A stretch of DNA of 64,000 bases from a virus (taxonomy: Duplodnaviria > Caudoviricetes). Shown piece by piece: positions 10,601-20,537 of the stretch; within the stretch, counting starts at the first letter, position 1; each line of letters opens with the position of its first letter. Below the pieces are notes generated by a model, which saw nothing but the letters and a program-made list of their open reading frames with translations, was not told the origin of the DNA and ran no database searches. The stretch spans positions 5,552-69,551 of the IMG/VR virus record IMGVR_UViG_3300031965_000017. The stretch is one strand, 5' to 3'. The translations under genes and the position numbers were made by a program.

Positions 10601-12480
10601 CTGATTTTGGCGGTGCTGAGGACTTGCTTGACGAATTAAAACGGAAGGCCAATGACGCAAGTAAAAGTGTAGATGGAGCAGGTCGAAGTATTAAGTCTCT
10701 CGGTGATGAATTAAGAGATTTCGGGAAAGATGGACAAACTAATGTTGCAATATTGAAAGCTGTCTCGGAGTCTGCTAAAGGCATTGATTTACTTAAGGCA
10801 TCAGAGGTTCAAAATGAAGCAGAATCTATTAACCGTTCTATTGATAGTATTATCAAAAAGTTTGGTGACCTAAAAGCCGACTTGGAGCGTTTTCAGAACG
10901 CTGAGCGTGATGCTCTTGGTGGTACTAGGGATTCAGCTAAAACTACTGAGGCTTTACTAGAAGGTGTTATTGAGAAACTAAAAGTATTCCGAGAGCAAGC
11001 CAGAAAACCACAAACATTATCTGGTGTGAGATTATATATAACTGAAAGGAAAAACCTTAGCCTTGCAACTGAAGAAATAGACAATTTCCTTAAAAAGATA
11101 AAAGCAGTAGGGGAAGCTCAATCTATAGGGGATGGTATAAAAGCTCTTGAGGAATTGAACCTCACTGAGTCACTCCGACAAATGGGTGATCTACTAAGAG
11201 CACTACAATCAGCTGGTGTAATTAGCAAGGAGGAAGGCAAAACTATAGGAGATAATATATCTAAGGCAGTTATTGAAGCTACAGAGGAATTTGAAAGATT
11301 CAAAAACGCAACAGAAAACGTGTCCCAGGCTCAAAGAGTTATCGGTACTCTTGAAGAATCTTTGGCCGAGTTATTAAAAATTCAACAGGAATCTGCTGCT
11401 ACTGACTCAGTTGGTTCTTCTATCGATATAGAAAAACTACGGAACGCAAAAGCAGCTATCAATGAATTTAATGCAGCTTATCAGTTTTACTTGGAACTAA
11501 GAAAGCAAGAAGCTGCATTAGGTAAGGATGTAGAGAGAGCAACCCCAACCATTGACCTATCACCCACTCGACCGCTACCAACACAGACTCCTATACCAGA
11601 CACTAAGGAAGCTGAGGAAGAGATTAAGAATCTGCAATCTTCAGCGACGTCCGCTGTTGATGCTATTGCAGCATCGCTAGGGAGAATAGCAGCCAATCTG
11701 GTGGGCTCAGGTCTATCAACTGTTAGTGCAAATATCGAAGCCTTAGCTTTGGCATTAACCAGTAAGGGAGACTTGCCAGCGACCTTGGATTCTATAGCTA
11801 TTGCCTTTGGAAACATTGGAACAAATATCGAAAGTTTTGCTGCCAGCTTAATAAGTGAGGGCGATCTATCAATTAAGGTTGACTCAATAGCCCAGGCTCT
11901 GAGTAATATTGGTACAGCTCTACGATTTGACGGTCAACTAACTACGTTGTCAGAATCTATTAGAGTATTCCTAGATAACGTAGTGGTTTTAGTACAGCAG
12001 ACCAGTGGCCTATCAACACAATTACTAGCAGCAGAGACAGCAAACCAAAACAATTTACAGCAGGTTGCTGTACAAACTACAAATGTATTACGGTCTCAAG
12101 TTGGGATAATGGCTCAATTAGTAAGACAAGCTCAACAGCTCCAAGCTATAGCGGCTAGTACAGCGTTACCTGCTGTAGCTGGCGGCCTACGGTTCGCTGC
12201 TGGTGGTTCCACTGGAGCTATTGGTAATGATACCAAAGTAGGCTTGTTCAATGAAGACGAGTTCGTTCTTAACTCGAAAGTATCAAGGCAGTTCTTACCG
12301 CTTCTTGCTGCCTTGAACTCAGGAGCCAAGACTCCTAGGAATGTAAGCGGTGGTGTAATCACCAATGTTGGAGATATTAATGTCTCAGTTGAAGGTGGTG
12401 GGACACCTGATATTACGGCACGCCGTATAGGACAAGCCTTACGCCGTGAGTTACATCGTGGTACTCTTAGACTAAGTTAG
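7663..12480 (+). CDS. Tail tape measure protein
   Basis: 1605 aa, Ala-rich and helical; TP901-type core region; three 87-aa repeats (8080, 8341, 8602); C-terminal FAAGG...NEDEFVL motif. Confidence 0.9.
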   Translation: MADERRTELILDAQVTESVKNFKEAVDAINKALEAHLRLASEINKIKSTKTGYSQAAKDLRQYGETADLAAKQSRELGQSVSIVSSSIQAQANVLKKSNDLYSQSVVAQSKLNRETVKTGAQVNATVVGLEKISKSVKKSTGQLFASAGGWAEATKQNVAFKESINATGTAVEIVSAQTGKMKEVINSISGVTTAQMKMNEEAKNTGTQVKGATEELAKVREAGKAVTGQMYETAGSFAEGGKQNKAFAQSAQDSANAIDKIAGKSKALSSASDGFQQLTTAQMKYNEQSKATGEQAKATVDNFNKTKEAGKAVTGQMYQTAGSFADTSKQTNTLKRNLDSVTKSATIFSKAGNAVLVSWQSVGRIVAGTLISRFTTDLIRGFEGFAATAKDFLIQVGEIRTISQRAQLTTDQWSDSLRKLSDQFGIAATDVAAAGYQALSDQMGEGAEATQFLNEALKLARITASNAGTSAAALAGVINAYSLDVTDASVVSGQLFKIIDIGRFTMDQIGESIGSVAVIAAQVGIEFEELGAALSTLSIQGLTAENSMTFMRNVILKLIRPTNAMKDFLDELGVSSGEAAIAAFGLGGFLQKLQEHVQSTNDPLNELGELFGRIRAIMGAAGLDFDKFARAEEEIKNSSIEAAEALKLVENAGRELQDELIQVKNVLTFDFGQETVKSLANINKNFIDLSNSVSKLLTVLKNLGIALISLAITRTVTAFYSLFTVVEITKHSATGATIVTYGYAKALATLRAATLSAATALGGLYTILGAGAVFLAIKAWRQYKREVEIIGKDVTKISAETSRALQQLAIETKEAIASEFKELDKVFNESFASVDRQIRKVLAGLKSEITGFLKNVETAEELLVLELETKIELGKVDEAFKQAEAIIKQWRANLAETIASPISDEEKLKAIKETQKKIKEVSAPFDDIPTNIEKVADKTKDAIKKLRAEMAQSKRGSGGIGDSSLERFIPGVTPRIISTDFGGAEDLLDELKRKANDASKSVDGAGRSIKSLGDELRDFGKDGQTNVAILKAVSESAKGIDLLKASEVQNEAESINRSIDSIIKKFGDLKADLERFQNAERDALGGTRDSAKTTEALLEGVIEKLKVFREQARKPQTLSGVRLYITERKNLSLATEEIDNFLKKIKAVGEAQSIGDGIKALEELNLTESLRQMGDLLRALQSAGVISKEEGKTIGDNISKAVIEATEEFERFKNATENVSQAQRVIGTLEESLAELLKIQQESAATDSVGSSIDIEKLRNAKAAINEFNAAYQFYLELRKQEAALGKDVERATPTIDLSPTRPLPTQTPIPDTKEAEEEIKNLQSSATSAVDAIAASLGRIAANLVGSGLSTVSANIEALALALTSKGDLPATLDSIAIAFGNIGTNIESFAASLISEGDLSIKVDSIAQALSNIGTALRFDGQLTTLSESIRVFLDNVVVLVQQTSGLSTQLLAAETANQNNLQQVAVQTTNVLRSQVGIMAQLVRQAQQLQAIAASTALPAVAGGLRFAAGGSTGAIGNDTKVGLFNEDEFVLNSKVSRQFLPLLAALNSGAKTPRNVSGGVITNVGDINVSVEGGGTPDITARRIGQALRRELHRGTLRLS

Positions 12481-12487
12481 GAATCTA

Positions 12488-13057
12488 ATGGAAACTAATC
12501 TCGAACTCGGGCAAGCTGTTGATGTTAAATTAATTAAAGCCAAGGATGTGCCGAAAGAAACTGAAAGCTTATTCAGTCCTCGCGGACAGTTTCACATTGA
12601 ACATCTTGACAAGGATGGTAATGTTAAGGGCGTGTATGATATGCCCAACGGTATTACCAATGTCGGGAAAAATAAAATCTTGGACGATATGTTCAATGAC
12701 GGGTCTCAAACAGCTAATTCAAGCTGGTATCTTGGTCTGATTGACTCTAGTGGTTATACTGCTCTGGCTGACACTGACACCATGTCGTCGCATGGTGGCT
12801 GGAACGAATTCACCAGTTACTCGGAAGCTACTCGCGTAGCATGGGGTAGTGGTTCGGCAGCATCGCAGAGTACCACAAACAGTACTCCTATTACCTTTAA
12901 CATTAGTGGTTCAGGCACTGTTAAGGGCGTCTTTGTGAATACTGTTAATACCAAGAGCGGTACGACAGGGGTACTTTGGGCGACAGCTTTGTTCTCGGCT
13001 GATGTCCCAGTGTCCAATGGCGATCAACTCAAGATTACCTATACCGTTAGTGCTTAG
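12488..13057 (+). CDS. Tail-associated virion protein
   Basis: N.ITNVGKN.ILD...WYLGL...VSNGDQLKITYTVS resembles phage tail structural proteins; synteny. Confidence 0.5.
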   Translation: METNLELGQAVDVKLIKAKDVPKETESLFSPRGQFHIEHLDKDGNVKGVYDMPNGITNVGKNKILDDMFNDGSQTANSSWYLGLIDSSGYTALADTDTMSSHGGWNEFTSYSEATRVAWGSGSAASQSTTNSTPITFNISGSGTVKGVFVNTVNTKSGTTGVLWATALFSADVPVSNGDQLKITYTVSA

Positions 13058-13066
13058 AGTGCTTAG

Positions 13067-14257
13067 ATGCCAGCTCGCAGATTTAAAGTTGAAACTACTC
13101 TCGCACTATCTCATAGTGTTGAGGTTAATAAGACTGCACATCTGTATGTCACACAAACTTGGTCTACACTACGCCATAGTGTAGACCAAGCTGACATTAT
13201 CACTACAGTCCATGACACATTAAATTTAACACAAGCAGTATCCCATAATCAAGTCTGGGCTGAAGCCAGTAGCCAGTTAAATTTAACACAAAGCGTTGAC
13301 ACTCTATATGCAATCCCGCGATCAGTAACTAGCCAACTTAATTTAGTTCAATCGCTTGATAACAGTATAAAATATGCTGAAGCCAGTAGCCAGTTAACGT
13401 TAACCCAGGTTGCTGATGTACGACGACCAGTACCGCTGACTGCTTCCAATAGTCTCAGCGAGGCTACGTTCACTAATGAGGAGTTACTAACTCTCTCATC
13501 CGATGAATTGCTAGCTCTCGCTGAGACTAGAGTACTTAGGCAATCGGTTACTGTTCGCCGTTCTATAACTAATATTAGTATAGTACACAATTTACAACTA
13601 ACACAATCTACTGCACGCACTATACCATTAACAGTTAGTAATCATTTAAGTCTTACTCATACAGCAGATACAGTAGCTGCTTATGAAAACGTATCTAGTC
13701 AACTCTACTTACAGCAAACTGTAAGTGTTGACAGACAGACACCAGCGTCCAACACTCTTGAGCTAACTCAGAGTGTAGTTGTTAATGGTATATTTAATCG
13801 AAGCCTAACTTCAACAATAATATTTACTCAGTCTGTAACTACTACAGACTATACTGCTCCAGTTTTGGTAACTAGTAGTAATATACTATTAACTCATCCT
13901 TATGTATCACCTACGTTCAGTCTAATTATGAAAACCCCAGAATTCAATAATGTTGAACAGCTTGAGTTCCGTCGTATTAACCGACGCACTAGGGGTCATA
14001 CCCTCGAAGTAATGCGAGATAGTAACTGGCCCAAGGCTGAACGCTTAATATTCAAGTTCGCTGGCTTAACTGAAGAAAAGGCCAAAGAGTTACTGAGTTT
14101 TTATGACCAGTCCCTGGGTGATGAAATAGGGCTACTGGACCATGAGAGTAGGCAGTGGCGTGGTATTCTACTAACTCCTTTTGAGCGTATTCAAGATCAG
14201 AGTGGCAATAGTTGCAACTATTCAGCCAATTTTGAATTTGAAGGAGTAGTAATATGA
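13067..14257 (+). CDS. Distal tail/baseplate-like protein with N-terminal repeats
   Basis: Repeated (S)SQLNLTQSV motifs; Dit-like C-terminus; position after the tape measure gene. Confidence 0.5.
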   Translation: MPARRFKVETTLALSHSVEVNKTAHLYVTQTWSTLRHSVDQADIITTVHDTLNLTQAVSHNQVWAEASSQLNLTQSVDTLYAIPRSVTSQLNLVQSLDNSIKYAEASSQLTLTQVADVRRPVPLTASNSLSEATFTNEELLTLSSDELLALAETRVLRQSVTVRRSITNISIVHNLQLTQSTARTIPLTVSNHLSLTHTADTVAAYENVSSQLYLQQTVSVDRQTPASNTLELTQSVVVNGIFNRSLTSTIIFTQSVTTTDYTAPVLVTSSNILLTHPYVSPTFSLIMKTPEFNNVEQLEFRRINRRTRGHTLEVMRDSNWPKAERLIFKFAGLTEEKAKELLSFYDQSLGDEIGLLDHESRQWRGILLTPFERIQDQSGNSCNYSANFEFEGVVI

Positions 14258-16836
14258 GAAACCTTAGTGCAACAGTATTAGCCAAGGTAGCTCAACAGTA
14301 TGCCAGCGAACCTGTTAATATCGTAGAGATACAATGGAACAAGGATAGTGGGAACTTTCTAAAATATTCCGATAAAGAGCTGGACCTAGGGGACGAAATA
14401 CTTGATGGTAGAGTGCTTGAGATTAGTTCGCTGGAAAGCGTATTGAAGCTTGACTCTCAAAATATATCTCAAAGTATTTCAGTTAAGCTGAGTGATGCTG
14501 ATGGCGACCTAAAGACTATCTTTGATGGTCTAGACATCCATGGGTCACTATGCAAAGTGTCCCAATGGTTCCCAGGTCTCTCTATCAATGATCGTTTCGA
14601 TCTGTTTCAAGGTGAAATTAATTCACCAATCACATGGGATGAAGGGGATCGTACTCTTTCATTTGATGTGATTACTAGACTTGCAGACAAGGAAGCTGGC
14701 TTTAGTCCCGAAGAAGGCTCATTCAACCATATACCAGAGAACCTGATTGGGGTTCCCTGGCCTATGGTTTTTGGTTTTTGTCAGAATGTACCAGCGACCA
14801 GGCTACAGGAGGTCCCTACAACTCAGACTGCTGAAGACTTATTAATTATTGATCCGACGCTGGTGCCTAGAATGTTAGAATTAGTACGTATAATAAATGA
14901 GCTAAGTGCTCTAATTACATTTTATGGTACTGCTTCAGCTCAAGCCCAACATTCTTGTGCAGACGGAGACCAACAAGCCTGTGCTATAGTTGAACAAATG
15001 AATTCAATAATTCAACAATTAACACAGCAACATTTTGCTGCTAGGCAAGAATTACTAGATATTAGTAGTGTATATAATGAGCAGAGACTAGCAGCTTCGG
15101 ATTCCGTAGAATTGCTTGATGAAAAGAATCTGCCCCAAGGCACTACTATCATCCTTGATGTAGAGGGTGAAGTAGAGCTGAACGGTACTCTTAATGGTTC
15201 TACATTTACTATTAACGAAGCTATACTTCCTAATTGGGATGGTAGTCTTACTAGCCCTTATGGTGCAACATGGCTTGGCGGTGGCTCGACGGTTCGTATT
15301 AAAACTGAAAAGGCTATGACTTATATTGCTAATATTTTACCTACTACTGTAAGATATATTACAGCTTATAAGCGTATTGGTAATACTCAAGCTTTGGTTA
15401 TTGTGCCAGCTTCATGGTATACTGTTAGTCAAGTAAATTTAGGTACATTCACCGTTACAGCTATAGTTTTTTCAAAACCTCTTAGTTCATTTGACGAAGA
15501 CTTCGAAGATGAAATCTATGTAACACAGGTTTCCAGTGTCGGACCAAACACTGTTGACGAAATGATTTGGTTGATTGACACATTCAGTGATTTAAATTAT
15601 GATGCAACCTCGTTCAATTATGTTAAAACAATGATTGAAAATTATCCCTCCCATTTTGCAATGTTGGAGAGGAAAAATCTTCTAGTAATGCTTGAAGAGA
15701 TAGCTTTTCAAGCTCGATGTGCGATATGGATTAATAACAACACAGTATTTTTAAAATATCTGTCTGAAGAGTTAGCAGCCGACGGTACAGTAACTGAAGA
15801 CGATATCGACGTGGGTAGTTTGCAAATTTATGGGACAGATACTGAGGAGCTAGTAACCAAACTGGTAGCAACCTGGACAGATAATTATGCAATCGAGGAT
15901 ATGAATAAAATTATCTTACGACACAATATTAAAAAATATGGTACAAGAGAGCGGGCAATAGAATTCTACATTTATAATATTGGGGAGCTAGTACTTAAAA
16001 GTGCAACATTCTGGTTGATTCGTTTGGCTAATGTCTGGAAGAATGTCACATTCAGGACCTCACTCCAGATGCTCAATCTGGAGACGTTCGATACTGTTGA
16101 TCTTAATTTTACTGAATCCTATGTTGCAACGGCAAGCGTTAAGGGTTTGGTTAAAGAATTAAAATACGAATCCAGCGACCGAACGTTACTGTTTGATGTC
16201 TGGACACCAGTAAAATTTGGGACAATGGATTCATATGTTTTTGGTTGGCCTTCCCAGATTGACCCTAGTAACTTTTTCCCTACAGACCAAGAGATAGCCT
16301 TAGGTTATGCTGGTGGTGACGGGCCAGGGGCCGAGGTAGAAGGTGGGTTCACTATTGGGGATGACGAGGTTCAATCTAATTTTGTAGCTTCAACCTCAGG
16401 TGGTCAGCGACGTACCAGAGAAGACTACGGAGATACTCAACCTTCCGATTTGGATGATACTAAGCCCGAACCGAAGTTCCTAGGTAGTGTTGCTACTCCT
16501 GGTACTGAACCAACGTGGAGCTATGACTATGGTGAGTACAATCTTAATGTACCTCCTCTTGACACAACAGAAAGTGCCGACGAAGAAAGCTGGGTCTTCC
16601 CAGCCGAGGTAACTGGTTTTGACGAAACAATAGGGGCCTATCAAGCTAATGTCTATGAGAAAGGCTTTATTGCTGATCCGGTTGCTATACCAGCTGTCAC
16701 ACAATTACAGATCGCTGATGATGAAAGAATACCCAACGGCACTTGGGCACTGGTAGCTAAGAATAAGATTGGTACTGATGCGGAAACCGGTGCGGAGATA
16801 TTTGAGTATACAATGCAAGTCCCAGTTTGGTTGTAA
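14254..16836 (+). CDS. Tail tip/baseplate hub protein
   Basis: 860 aa, last gene of the tail module; N-terminus resembles minor tail proteins (LFQGEINSPITWDEG; PWPMVFG). Confidence 0.55.
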   Translation: MRNLSATVLAKVAQQYASEPVNIVEIQWNKDSGNFLKYSDKELDLGDEILDGRVLEISSLESVLKLDSQNISQSISVKLSDADGDLKTIFDGLDIHGSLCKVSQWFPGLSINDRFDLFQGEINSPITWDEGDRTLSFDVITRLADKEAGFSPEEGSFNHIPENLIGVPWPMVFGFCQNVPATRLQEVPTTQTAEDLLIIDPTLVPRMLELVRIINELSALITFYGTASAQAQHSCADGDQQACAIVEQMNSIIQQLTQQHFAARQELLDISSVYNEQRLAASDSVELLDEKNLPQGTTIILDVEGEVELNGTLNGSTFTINEAILPNWDGSLTSPYGATWLGGGSTVRIKTEKAMTYIANILPTTVRYITAYKRIGNTQALVIVPASWYTVSQVNLGTFTVTAIVFSKPLSSFDEDFEDEIYVTQVSSVGPNTVDEMIWLIDTFSDLNYDATSFNYVKTMIENYPSHFAMLERKNLLVMLEEIAFQARCAIWINNNTVFLKYLSEELAADGTVTEDDIDVGSLQIYGTDTEELVTKLVATWTDNYAIEDMNKIILRHNIKKYGTRERAIEFYIYNIGELVLKSATFWLIRLANVWKNVTFRTSLQMLNLETFDTVDLNFTESYVATASVKGLVKELKYESSDRTLLFDVWTPVKFGTMDSYVFGWPSQIDPSNFFPTDQEIALGYAGGDGPGAEVEGGFTIGDDEVQSNFVASTSGGQRRTREDYGDTQPSDLDDTKPEPKFLGSVATPGTEPTWSYDYGEYNLNVPPLDTTESADEESWVFPAEVTGFDETIGAYQANVYEKGFIADPVAIPAVTQLQIADDERIPNGTWALVAKNKIGTDAETGAEIFEYTMQVPVWL

Positions 16837-16854
16837 TTTATTAAGGAAAATGTT

Positions 16855-17496
16855 ATGATTCACTTGAATGGTCATGCTCTTTGTGCTATCGATTGTGAAA
16901 CCACTGGTCTCGATCCTGAAAGACATGAGATTGTTGAGGTAGCTTTTCTACCTTTAGACTCAAATCTTAAGCCTCGAAGAGATGTCCCCTTTTTTGAAAT
17001 TATTATACGGCCTGACAATCTTGACGAGATTGACTGGAATGCCTTTAAAGTAAATCAATCCAATTTTACTGAGTTGATTGCTAAAGGTCTAGATAAGTAC
17101 GATGCTGCTGATCTGTTTGTAGAATGGGTCTCTAGGCTTAAGCTAGCTTATGGCAAGAGAATCATGCCTCTAGCTCACAATTGGGCTTTTGACATGCAAT
17201 TTATTAAGAAGTGGCTCGGCCCGAGTACGTTCCATGAGCATATTGACGGGCGACACCGCGATACTATGACAGCATGCCAGTTTCTTAATGACATAGCTGA
17301 TAGGAGAGCTGAGCAGACACCATTCGCAAAGGTGAATCTCGGTTACGTAGCTACCACAATGAAAATCCCCCATGTGCGGGCTCATACCGCCATGGGGGAT
17401 TGTTTGGTTACTGCTCAAGTGTATAATGAGCTAGTGACTAGGCATGGGGCACAATTTATTGTTCCTAAGGACCAGTACATTACCAGCGACCTTTGA
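16855..17496 (+). CDS. DnaQ-like DEDDh 3'-5' exonuclease
   Basis: AIDCETTGLDP, AHNWAFDMQF and H.AMGDC motifs. Confidence 0.9.
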   Translation: MIHLNGHALCAIDCETTGLDPERHEIVEVAFLPLDSNLKPRRDVPFFEIIIRPDNLDEIDWNAFKVNQSNFTELIAKGLDKYDAADLFVEWVSRLKLAYGKRIMPLAHNWAFDMQFIKKWLGPSTFHEHIDGRHRDTMTACQFLNDIADRRAEQTPFAKVNLGYVATTMKIPHVRAHTAMGDCLVTAQVYNELVTRHGAQFIVPKDQYITSDL

Positions 17497-20130
17497 CTCT
17501 GTCCACGAGATATTTCCGATACAGATTTGATTGTCGCTGAGCCTGCGACCCTTAGGGTATATTTCTGGTAGATTCTTACCAATCTTGATCTTGGTCCACT
17601 CATAGAGTTCGCTAGGCTCAAGCCACTGTTGAAAGTGTTCCCAAAACTCTTTCAAAGTAATAGAAGAACCAGGGATGTAGAAACATTTATCTTCAATAAA
17701 GACTTCTAAGGTACTACGATTTTCGTTCTGTAACTCGAACTTCTCAGATGTCTCAATTATTGATAAATTTAATCTTTTGTCACCAGACTCTGGAAGATCA
17801 ATCGAAAATAACTCACCTAAGAAATCCGGAGCTTCCTTTTTGCAGCGAGTCATCAAGTCGTTTCGGTCAATCAGCTCTTCTGGTGGCATAACTCGAATCA
17901 TTGTGACACGAGTGTCACCAACAAAGATGGGACAGTAATCTTTATAGTTTGTACATTGCACAAAGTGCATCGTATTAGTAACCATATACGGGTCACCACC
18001 TTTGGGATGAATTTGAACCGTAGGGCTGGTAACCCAATCCTTAATACGATTGTGAGCTACACGATTCTTAGTGGATAGATTAGTTTCTTCAACAACACAT
18101 AGCACAGAGTAGCATAGCTCATTATTAAAGCCCGACGTTGAAAGCAGAGCCGTATCTGCTCGTTGATAGCCACTCCGAGTTATCAACTCAGATATGGCTT
18201 CATGAAAGATTGACTTACCGCTTTTCTCCGGGCCATATAGAAATAGGTAAGGTAGAGGTCGCTCAGGATACTGAAACATTGAAGCAACCCAGCACTTAAG
18301 GTAATCGCCACCGATAATTATTCCATTATCCTTGCACCATTGGTTTTCTGCAATAGCTGCGTCGAGGCCACTACCGACATGATTAAGTATACGTGTCCAT
18401 GTAGGAAAGGCTCTATCCTCGGATTTCGTAGGAAAGTAACGTAGCTGACAAGCGTATTTGTTCCATTGTCTGTCACCAGGGTATTCTGGTTGAAAAGGCA
18501 TATTGACCAGTGTCCATTTACGAAAGACAGATTCTCCTAATATTGTATCAATAACCTTTGGCCCATGGCCCATTGATTTTAAAGCTAATTTAATATGTGT
18601 CAAAGGTTCCTCAGTCCAGTTAGTATCGCTCTTGATAACCCAACCAGCGTCCTGGTGTCGTTCGGTCACAATGTGCCTAATTAAGTCATCATAGTTTTGT
18701 GTCTCATTTACGGGCGACAGAGAATTAATCTTGAAGATGCGTCTCCAATGGGTCTTGTTAGGTATCCACTTTTGCATGTCGTTAGGATTGTCAGTGCCCT
18801 CACGGTGTACCTCCATAATAATTTTACCATGGTCACGGTGAGGCTTTACCTTGGTTGGTCTGTTCTTCGCCCAATCGGGTAATTTTATATTAGCACCTAG
18901 TTTCGTTAATGTTAATTCTGCTTGACTTGCTAAGCTGAAAACATAACCACCGTCGGAGTCTTCGATACCATTGTTTGCATTAGCTATCATACGTAGGTCA
19001 GGATCAGTATTATAGTAACATCGCGTCCATCCTGCTGAATCATAATCCCATGAGTCATGTTCGGTACAATTTATCGTAAAGCGTCGTACCACCCAGCCAC
19101 CACGGCGAATAGGGAAACAGAAACAGTTTTGGTCGTCACCCCATTCCTGGCCGGTGCTGATAGTGTCGAAGAAACCTCGGAACCCTAGAGCATTATGAGC
19201 TTCCTTAAGATGGATAGTATGAGTTACTAACATATTACCATCTTGGTTCCAATACCAGAAACAATTGTTACCTTCTAAGTAGTCTATGAGTCTCTTATGA
19301 TCGGTATCGAGTCTCTCTTGAATATATTTACCAGTGAGCTGTTCGTACAGTTCATTAATTTCATCTCCGTCGTTCTGTTCTTGAAACGTCTTAGGCATGA
19401 GACGCTTACGCCGTCCAGAACAGACTTCGATGTGGTCACGCCAGTTAGGTCGAATGAGATCAGATGATAATTTTACCCCAGACTTTATTAATTCTAACCC
19501 ACGGGTGCCTTGCATCTTACGGTGCCACACCCACATATTACCACCGCAAATATCTACTTTATTAATAAAATCAAAACCTGACTTTGCGGACATCATGTCG
19601 AGAATATAGCGAGCCAGAGCACTGTGTTCTGTGCGATTATCAGTGGCCACTGGATTCTGTAGAAAGATATATAAGTGGAGACCATTACCACTTGTAGACT
19701 TCCTTACTGTAACCCAATCGATAGATTGGGCAGATTCCTCTATACTCTCTAATTCTTCTACACTAAGGCCAGCTTGATGATGGCCAATAATACTATCAAA
19801 GTCAAAGGCCACCCAATAAGTTAATTTATTATTCCAGTCCCAGCCAGTCATCCCTATGCCATCAGCATATTTCTCTAGTGGGAATTTAATCTCGTGGTCA
19901 CTGTACTCTGGGTCAATGTTAGCATTGTAAGGAATGCGAAATGATTTCCAAGTTAATAAGCCGTCCGTGTAGCCTCTCCATAACGTACCTTTATATTCTC
20001 CTTGTATTGGCTCGCCATCTGCTTGCAGTACATTAACCTGGACTTCCATGTTAAAATTATACAGTTCAGCAAGGTCCTGGTGTGTGCTAACCTCAAGAAA
20101 ACTCTTGATAGCTTCAGTCTTAGTCTTCAT
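17431..20130 (-). CDS. Primase-helicase (AEP/prim-pol N-terminus plus SF3/DUF5906-like ATPase)
   Basis: Minus strand: the + strand at 20101-20130 is the reverse complement of ATGAAGACTAAGACTGAAGCT (the track's + label is wrong). AFDFD and STSGNGLHLY AEP motifs; Walker A GPEKSGKS; VVEE Walker B. Confidence 0.8.
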   Translation of the reverse strand: MKTKTEAIKSFLEVSTHQDLAELYNFNMEVQVNVLQADGEPIQGEYKGTLWRGYTDGLLTWKSFRIPYNANIDPEYSDHEIKFPLEKYADGIGMTGWDWNNKLTYWVAFDFDSIIGHHQAGLSVEELESIEESAQSIDWVTVRKSTSGNGLHLYIFLQNPVATDNRTEHSALARYILDMMSAKSGFDFINKVDICGGNMWVWHRKMQGTRGLELIKSGVKLSSDLIRPNWRDHIEVCSGRRKRLMPKTFQEQNDGDEINELYEQLTGKYIQERLDTDHKRLIDYLEGNNCFWYWNQDGNMLVTHTIHLKEAHNALGFRGFFDTISTGQEWGDDQNCFCFPIRRGGWVVRRFTINCTEHDSWDYDSAGWTRCYYNTDPDLRMIANANNGIEDSDGGYVFSLASQAELTLTKLGANIKLPDWAKNRPTKVKPHRDHGKIIMEVHREGTDNPNDMQKWIPNKTHWRRIFKINSLSPVNETQNYDDLIRHIVTERHQDAGWVIKSDTNWTEEPLTHIKLALKSMGHGPKVIDTILGESVFRKWTLVNMPFQPEYPGDRQWNKYACQLRYFPTKSEDRAFPTWTRILNHVGSGLDAAIAENQWCKDNGIIIGGDYLKCWVASMFQYPERPLPYLFLYGPEKSGKSIFHEAISELITRSGYQRADTALLSTSGFNNELCYSVLCVVEETNLSTKNRVAHNRIKDWVTSPTVQIHPKGGDPYMVTNTMHFVQCTNYKDYCPIFVGDTRVTMIRVMPPEELIDRNDLMTRCKKEAPDFLGELFSIDLPESGDKRLNLSIIETSEKFELQNENRSTLEVFIEDKCFYIPGSSITLKEFWEHFQQWLEPSELYEWTKIKIGKNLPEIYPKGRRLSDNQICIGNISWTESKVAGNVLVLRNNKLCPMPSH

Positions 20131-20537
20131 AATAATTTTAACATCCTCCCATCAATTATCAACATATTAAATTAACCATGGGTATAGACCCTACATTAAT
20201 ATAGTACCCTGAGAGAGCAAAAGATTTCCTGACCACTATTGAGCCTTCCCTCTAATTCTCTATATAGAAAGATAGATAGATAGATAAAATGTATATATAG
20301 GTAGGGGATATGGCCCAATTTCAGTCAGGAAATTCTCATTAGAGGGAAGGCCCTATCCTACTATAGAGGTTTCCAGTACGACATCCTGTCGCACCACTCT
20401 ACAGTGGTGGCGGTGCGTCCACATTTCCACATATGTTATGTTGATTTTTAGAAAGGAGATGATAAATTTATTATTTGAGACAGTAGAAACGATGATTGTT
20501 GTTTGGTTAGATTTATCATTCTAGAGGAGCTTGATTT

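Noticed and set aside
17415-20130. ORF-track + strand labels for 17431..20130 and 17415..17621
   Set aside because: The listed translations match the reverse complement, so both are minus-strand; the short one is a shadow ORF.
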